A stretch of DNA of 63,579 nt, the filler included, from Saprolegnia diclina VS20 (lineage: Eukaryota), in NCBI RefSeq assembly GCF_000281045.1. It is 5 parts of one record of this genome, joined end to end, with 100 filler letters (N's around TTAATTAATTAA, not from the genome) between each part and the next. Parts side by side here need not be neighbours in the genome. Positions count along the whole stretch, not along the records: positions 57,023 to 60,540 come from NW_008246137.1; positions 60,641 to 63,579 come from NW_008246137.1; 3 more parts are not named here. One strand, given 5' to 3'. Below, in pieces: positions 56,923 through 63,579 of the stretch. The number at the start of each line of letters is the position of its first letter. The stretch's first letter is position 1. The notes under the pieces were generated by a model. That model worked only from the letters and a program-made list of their open reading frames with translations. It had not been told where the DNA came from and searched no databases. The translations under genes and the position numbers were made by a program.

Positions 56923-58011
56923 NNNNNNNNNNNNNNNNNNNNNNNNNNNNNNNNNNNNNNNNNNNNTTAATTAATTAANNNNNNNNNNNNNNNNNNNNNN
57001 NNNNNNNNNNNNNNNNNNNNNNAAGCGATCTTTGTAATCTGTTATCAGACGGGTGGCAGCGTCGCAGCATCGGACTGGAGTGTTCTAGGGAACGTCAGGT
57101 GGGATTTGGAGGTGAAAAGTGCGCGCATGTGGAATTCCGCTGGGGCGTCGAAAAGTCAAGCTTCGTGTTTGTATCGAATAAAATGGATGCACTTGAAACG
57201 CGCGCACCTGCAAACGTAATATATGGACAGGACCCATGAGTCGTGGAGCTGCCAACGCATCTGAGTCGTGCCGCTCAACGGCTCCCATCTCGAGGTACCA
57301 TTCAAGGTAAAATAGGGTTTTCTCAGAGATCCTCGTGACGTCGACGCTTCTCGATGCTAGTAAGAGAACAGTACAAGTCCCTCGCACGTTCTTGCTCTCC
57401 ATGACACACCCAACAACCACCACCTCGTGATCGCTGTCAAATGGATCGCAGCAGTACGATACCACGTGTGGCAGTCGATTGCGACGTCGAGACAATTTCA
57501 CCTTCTGAGTACATGGCCCTGTCTCTAGTATACTCCTTCTCACGCCTCTCCTCGTTTCGCAGTCGAACGACAAACTGGATGACGCAAACGCAACCTAACG
57601 TCGACACTGTCCTTTTTATGAGCCAGCATGTCTTTTCGTTGCTGTAGTAGAATGCCCACCGCACACTGGCTACGACGTACAAAAAATAAAAGGTTTCTCG
57701 TACTAACGTTTAGTACCAAGGGTATATAAGAGACTTGCTAGTACCGGACATTGAGGATTGCGTGTCTATTCCGTGGCGCGGCGGCGAAGATCCTTGTTTC
57801 GCGCTGCACTACTAGCGTAATCGGGCGCTGAAGAAAGCTTCCTCTAAGGTACAAAGATGGTGCCCACGCCACATCTGTGACGTCGCTCGGTCGCGCAAAT
57901 GACCGCCCGGGCGCCGTGCCATGCGTTTAGCCATGGACCTCCACTCATAAAACGCGTTTTTACTTCGAAACGCACCTTTGGACCAACGCGGCGTTGGTGT
58001 ACAAAAAGACG

Positions 58012-58308
58012 TTAATTAAGTATATAGTGCAGGGCGAGGCGGTTCACGGGCACTGGAACTGGCGACGCCTTGACGGCCACCGGTCGACGGCTGCTAGCGA
58101 TTTTTCGCTGGTAGAGCGCTCGTCGCTTGGCCTGGATGCTCTCGCGCTTCTGGAGGTACCGGGTCTTGAGCTTTGCAAGCACTACCGCCTTGTGCCGGAT
58201 GTAGTACTTGCGGGCGCGCTGCCGATTCTTCTCGAGTTGGGCGGGCGAGAGCGGACTCCGCGTGCGGGTCTTGAGCAAGCAAGCCGTCGTCGGCCTCATG
58301 CACTCCAT
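58012..58308 (-). CDS. Small basic helical protein with bZIP-like basic region and C-terminal LxxILN motif
   Basis: MECMRP...QLEKNRQRARKYYIRHKAVVLAKLKTRYLQKRESIQAKRRALYQRK...NRLALHYILN*. Upstream: Inr-like GCACATTTGAGGATTG, TATAAAA (~58411-58417) and a CCAAT element (~58518-58528). Confidence 0.6.
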   Translation of the reverse strand: MECMRPTTACLLKTRTRSPLSPAQLEKNRQRARKYYIRHKAVVLAKLKTRYLQKRESIQAKRRALYQRKIASSRRPVAVKASPVPVPVNRLALHYILN

Positions 58309-58934
58309 GCCAATCCTCAAATGTGCACATTGCGTTCCGCGCGCGGTCTCCGGCTGGCGGACGGTTGACGCCATGTCGCAAGGCGCGGGACCTAAGCGAA
58401 TCAAGCCCGGTTTTATATGCCGCTCGTATCCCACTCTAATACGAATGGGCGGTACGAACGGTACGCGGTGCGTCAGCAGATTGAGGGAGGGTCGACCACC
58501 GGACGACGGAAGCGGCCATTGGGCCAATCACGATTACGCTCGAGCGAGCTTGCGAGTTCAAGTCCCTCGACACCACAATTACGAAACGGTGTCAACATGG
58601 AAGCGAAAACATGCAATACAAGAAGACATCATCCATGGTAATTCTTCGCAATTCGAAAGAAAATGTCCAAGTTTGACGAATACACAACTTGACTTGTCCG
58701 CGCCCGAGTCCGATTCTGCAGCCAATACACCGATTTTGCGATTCCATCCAAGTTTCTTTCATGTACCGTACCACAAGATTCTAGCTTGGAATTTCGTGAT
58801 CGAGAGCAATTACAGCCTCATATTGCTGCTGGGCTGCTTGCAAGCCGGCAAAACAACAACGAATTTGGGGATATACACGACACTTTCGTTAGACTCGACT
58901 AGTTTAACGACACAACATGGGCTATTCGACCCGA

Positions 58935-60540
58935 TTACTTCTTGGCGAGGAAGAGCTTGTACACGGCAAAGAGCGCGACGATCGCACCCGGCACAAAGAT
59001 GATGGCGAGGTACGTCTGCGGCGTCCCTTCCGGGCACGGCTCCTTGCCGCCCGCGAGAGTGAAGCAGCTCGTGCTCTCGAACATGGACATCAAGCTGCCC
59101 GTGATGGACGTGACGAGGATGACAAAGAGACTGACAAGGATGAACGCGGCCACCTTGGGGTGACTGCCGCCATTCTTCTTGAGCTCGGCGACGGCCGCGC
59201 GCTGCGGCGGAAGGAGGAACACCCAGAGGCAGCCGATCACCATGCACGAGTACATGATGACGTACGAATAGGCGACGGCGGTCCGCGTCTCCGGAGCGTC
59301 TGCCTTGATGAGCTTCTTGTTGTAGTTGAGATGGCTGTCGATGACGTTGGTGATGATCGTGCCAAAGGGACCCGGGAGGTTCGAGATCGTGGTGAGGAGA
59401 CCGTACATGACGCCTTCGTTACCGACTTCGGCGAGCTCGACAATGACGTACGTGGTGATGATAAAGTTGATACCAGACGGGATCGTCTCCATGACCGGCA
59501 CGCCGAGGTAGAACCACTGGTTGCGAACCACGGCAAAGATGGTGAGGAACTGGACAATGGAGTCAATGGCAACCGTAGTGATGATCGTGATCACAACCAC
59601 GTAGCGCCAGTTCCAGTGCGTGCCGTAGGTGCCCGTCGCCGTGATGACGGCCGCATAGAGGAGCTGGGTCACGACACTGACAATCTGCTGGTTGAGGTTC
59701 TCGACTTTGGCCAAGTACAAGCCGATGTAGTCGCTGGCCGTCGAGCTGATCGCTTGGAACAAACCAAAGAGAAAGTTGAAGAGAATGACCTGCCACACGG
59801 CGCGCTTCTGAGCGAGTTCCCAGAAATTGCCAAAGTACGAGCCAATGTCGACGCGGGTGTGCTTCTCGTCCTTGACAAAGAACCAAATCACCACGACGTT
59901 CAAGCACGACGGGATGGCCAGAATCCAAAAGTACCCGTTGATACCAATGTCCCAGTCAAAGTCGCCGGCAAAGCGCTCCGAGTTGAGGCAGATGCCCGAC
60001 ACAAACTGGATGAGACCCCAGAAGATCTGGCGCGTAGCGTACGAGAGCGACTGCAGCCGACCGCGGACGGCTTTTGGTTCGCGCTGGGCGACCGCAAGCA
60101 TGAGCGCGTCCTGGGCGACGTCGGCCATGACGTAGCAAAAGCAAGCAATGGTCGCGAGGAGGATAAAGACTGGGCCGTCGGTCTGCGAGCCCTGCTCGCC
60201 ATTGTCGCGGATTGCAATGAAGAGGAGGACGACGCCGCAGAGAAACCACCCGAGGAGCATGTACGGCTTGCGGTGGTAGCCAAAGATCGGGAAGCAGTCG
60301 TTGAGGACACCAAAGACGACCTTGAGCGACCAGCCGAGCGTCAAAAGCGCCTTGGCCGAGTTGGCCACGTTCGTCTCGAGTGCAAAGTAGCCATTCACGA
60401 TGGCGTAGCGCATGCCAGCGACGCCGCCGTAGACGATACCGATCATGGCATACTGGAAGAGGATCGAGAGACACTCGGCCGACGTGTACACCGGGGCACC
60501 ACCGGCGCGGAGCGCACCGTCTTCGAGGTCGCCGGGCGTC
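58935..60540 (-). CDS. FBT family transporter, divergent copy; 5' end in gap
   Basis: TPGDLEDGALRAGGAPVYTS, NDCFPIFGYHRKPY, GNEGVMYGLLTT; clearly diverged from copy 1. Confidence 0.92.
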
Positions 60541-60640
60541 NNNNNNNNNNNNNNNNNNNNNNNNNNNNNNNNNNNNNNNNNNNNTTAATTAATTAANNNN
60601 NNNNNNNNNNNNNNNNNNNNNNNNNNNNNNNNNNNNNNNN

Positions 60641-61827
60641 TGGACCATCAAGGTCTTCTTTGGCATGTTCAACGACTGCTTCCCGATCTTTGGCTACTCG
60701 CGCAAGCCGTACATGTTTATCGGCTGGACGCTGTGTGCTGCGATTCTCGTCTACATTGCGTGCAAGCCGGCGGGCGACCCGGGCTCGAGCTCGGATGGCT
60801 CGCAGCTTGCGCTTCTCTGTACGATTGTGGGCTTTTGCTACGTCATGGCCGACGTCGCGCAGGACGGTTTGATGCTCACGTACGCGCAACGCGAGCCGAT
60901 CGCGATCCGCGGTCGTCTCCAGTCAATGATTTATGCCACACGCTCGGTCTTTATGGGTATTATTTACCTCATTTGCGGTCTCTGCCTCAACTCGAAGGAA
61001 TTCTCGGGCGGCTTTGACTGGGACATTGGTATCAACGGGTACTTCTGGATCTTGGCCGTCCCGTCGATCATCAACGTGCCGGTCATGTGGTTCTTTGTCA
61101 AGGACGCCAAGCGCGAGCGCGTCCCCGTGGGCATTTACTTTTCCAACTTTTGGGAGCTCGTCCAGCACCGCGCCGTGTGGCAAGTGCTCTGCTTCAACTT
61201 TCTCTTTTCGCTTTTCACGGGCAACATCACGTCGACGGCAACGTACTACGTGTCGCTCAACTGGGCCGGCGTCGAGAACCTCAACAACCAAATCATGGGC
61301 GTCGTCGGCCAGCTCATCTTTGCCGGCGTCTTGGTGCTCACGGGTACCTACGGCACGCACTGGAACTGGCGCTACGTGCTCGTCATCACGATTCTCACGG
61401 CCAACATCATCGACTCGGTTTGCCAGTTTTTGACAGTCTACGCTATCGTCCGCAACCAGTGGTTCTACCTCGGTGTGCCCGTCATGGAGAACATTCCGAT
61501 TGGCATCAACTTTGTCATTGGTACATACGTCATTGTCGAGCTCGCCGAAGTCGGCAACGAAGGCGTCATGTACGGGCTTTTGACGACCGTCACGAACCTC
61601 CCGGGTACCTTTGGCACGATGATCACCAACTTGATCGATGGCCAGCTCAACTACAACAAGAAGCTCATCAAGCTCGACTCGGACGAGACGCGCAACCAAG
61701 TCGCGTACTCGTACATCATCTCGTACTGCTTTGCGGTCATTGGTTGCTGCTGGGTCGTGTTGCTTCCGCCGCAAAAGGCGGCTGTCGCCGAGCTCAAGAA
61801 GAACGGCGGCCGCCAGCCCATCGTTGC
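60641..61827 (+). CDS. FBT family transporter, internal fragment near-identical to copy 1, on a gap-bounded contig in opposite orientation
   Basis: WTIKVFFGMFNDCF...LKKNGGRQPIV is open throughout and aligns to ~54160-55338. Confidence 0.9.
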
Positions 61828-63579
61828 NNNNNNNNNNNNNNNNNNNNNNNNNNNNNNNNNNNNNNNNNNNNNNNNNNNNNNNNNNNNNNNNNNNNNNNNN
61901 NNNNNNNNNNNNNNNNNNNNNNNNNNNNNNNNNNNNNNNNNNNNNNNNNNNNNNNNNNNNNNNNNNNNNNNNNNNNNNNNNNNNNNNNNNNNNNNNNNNN
62001 NNNNNNNNNNNNNNNNNNNNNNNNNNNNNNNNNNNNNNNNNNNNNNNNNNNNNNNNNNNNNNNNNNNNNNNNNNNNNNNNNNNNNNNNNNNNNNNNNNNN
62101 NNNNNNNNNNNNNNNNNNNNNNNNNNNNNNNNNNNNNNNNNNNNNNNNNNNNNNNNNNNNNNNNNNNNNNNNNNNNNNNNNNNNNNNNNNNNNNNNNNNN
62201 NNNNNNNNNNNNNNNNNNNNNNNNNNNNNNNNNNNNNNNNNNNNNNNNNNNNNNNNNNNNNNNNNNNNNNNNNNNNNNNNNNNNNNNNNNNNNNNNNNNN
62301 NNNNNNNNNNNNNNNNNNNNNNNNNNNNNNNNNNNNNNNNNNNNNNNNNNNNNNNNNNNNNNNNNNNNNNNNNNNNNNNNNNNNNNNNNNNNNNNNNNNN
62401 NNNNNNNNNNNNNNNNNNNNNNNNNNNNNNNNNNNNNNNNNNNNNNNNNNNNNNNNNNNNNNNNNNNNNNNNNNNNNNNNNNNNNNNNNNNNNNNNNNNN
62501 NNNNNNNNNNNNNNNNNNNNNNNNNNNNNNNNNNNNNNNNNNNNNNNNNNNNNNNNNNNNNNNNNNNNNNNNNNNNNNNNNNNNNNNNNNNNNNNNNNNN
62601 NNNNNNNNNNNNNNNNNNNNNNNNNNNNNNNNNNNNNNNNNNNNNNNNNNNNNNNNNNNNNNNNNNNNNNNNNNNNNNNNNNNNNNNNNNNNNNNNNNNN
62701 NNNNNNNNNNNNNNNNNNNNNNNNNNNNNNNNNNNNNNNNNNNNNNNNNNNNNNNNNNNNNNNNNNNNNNNNNNNNNNNNNNNNNNNNNNNNNNNNNNNN
62801 NNNNNNNNNNNNNNNNNGGCGTAAAATAGTGTCTTGCGTGATACGTGCTGTGGTAATACATGAGCTAAAGTGGTGCCAATGGTTATGTAGCCGGTCAGCA
62901 CAAAACTTGTGCAAACCTCTAGCCAACAAGCGCAGTCTAAAATCACGCAAAAACTTTACGTAATTGCCGTGAGCACGCACTTGTAATTTGTGTGTTTTTA
63001 TCCGTGTCATCCCTCGATCAAGAGTAATCGAGTAGAAACAATATGCAGGTATGCAGGTGTGTCCTTCGTCTACCTCTCGGGGTCGATGATGAAGCGGTGA
63101 AGTGCTAATGACACGAGAAAGACCGCGAGACCATCGCTTTGGTGCCACGGTACAGTGCAAGCGTGTTCCCCTAGCCCTAGGTTTAGGGTTGCGTGGCATG
63201 CGAGATTTGACCCAGAAGTCGCACCGTGTGGGACTTCTGGACTAAGGGACAACCCACGCTAGAATGCCAGTACTGTTCTATGCAAGTGCGTATTCTAGTC
63301 GAAGCTCCGTCTGTTTGATAAACATCCCAGACGACAGTTGGTAGCCAACCGACAGATCGACAATCGAAACAGAGACTCGAATTTCTCAAGATAAACACAA
63401 GACAACCAATACGACTACACGCGGTGCAAGAACGACGGCGTCGACAGCGGCATCGACGCGAAGCGCGTCACGAGACGCACGTCACTCGGTGATCGGTGGT
63501 ACAAGACCCCGGTGGCATCAAATGGCAGCATGCCGCGAAGGCTGAGCGGGAAATGTGCTGTTGGCAAGACATTTTTGTC

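Noticed and set aside
57600..57690. AFYYSNEKTCWLIK as a PAN/apple domain
   Set aside because: Only a short partial match with stops or frameshifts nearby, and no signal peptide or full Cys pattern.
63168..63190. Telomere-like ccctagccctaggtttaggg
   Set aside because: Only one exact TTTAGGG unit, too short to call an interstitial telomere.

Overview
Gene-dense, GC-rich eukaryotic DNA with many short (~40-60 nt) GT-AG introns and oomycete-type Inr/FPR core promoters. It is most consistent with a Saprolegniales oomycete (Saprolegnia-like) draft assembly; this is inferred from gene families and intron/promoter style, not from a database match. In order, the window holds: a 5'-truncated L1/Tx1-type retrotransposon RT; the 3' half of a TRP-like channel; UTP25; an FHA-domain gene; a full ankyrin-repeat TRP-like channel; MCM2; a frameshifted degenerate 2OG-Fe(II)-oxygenase-like gene; KIF-binding protein; a RING-H2 E3; UTP14; a coiled-coil gene; two divergent DAACS/SLC1 transporters flanking a secreted papain-family protease; an ACSF3-like acyl-CoA synthetase; a ~9 kb multi-exon gene joining a dynein-type microtubule-binding domain, ~11-12 IQ motifs and a long acidic tail; an LRR protein; an aquaglyceroporin; an HXXXD acyltransferase-like gene; a partly collapsed folate-biopterin transporter array; and a small basic protein ending in LxxILN. 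The most notable observations are two repeat proteins built one repeat per exon with phase-0 introns (ankyrin-TRP channel and MTBD-IQ protein), SLC1 homologues lacking their Na+/acidic-substrate residues, and a LINE whose insertion site appears empty 6.4 kb downstream. Several gaps carry an artificial TTAATTAATTAA linker. Exon boundaries were read by eye.
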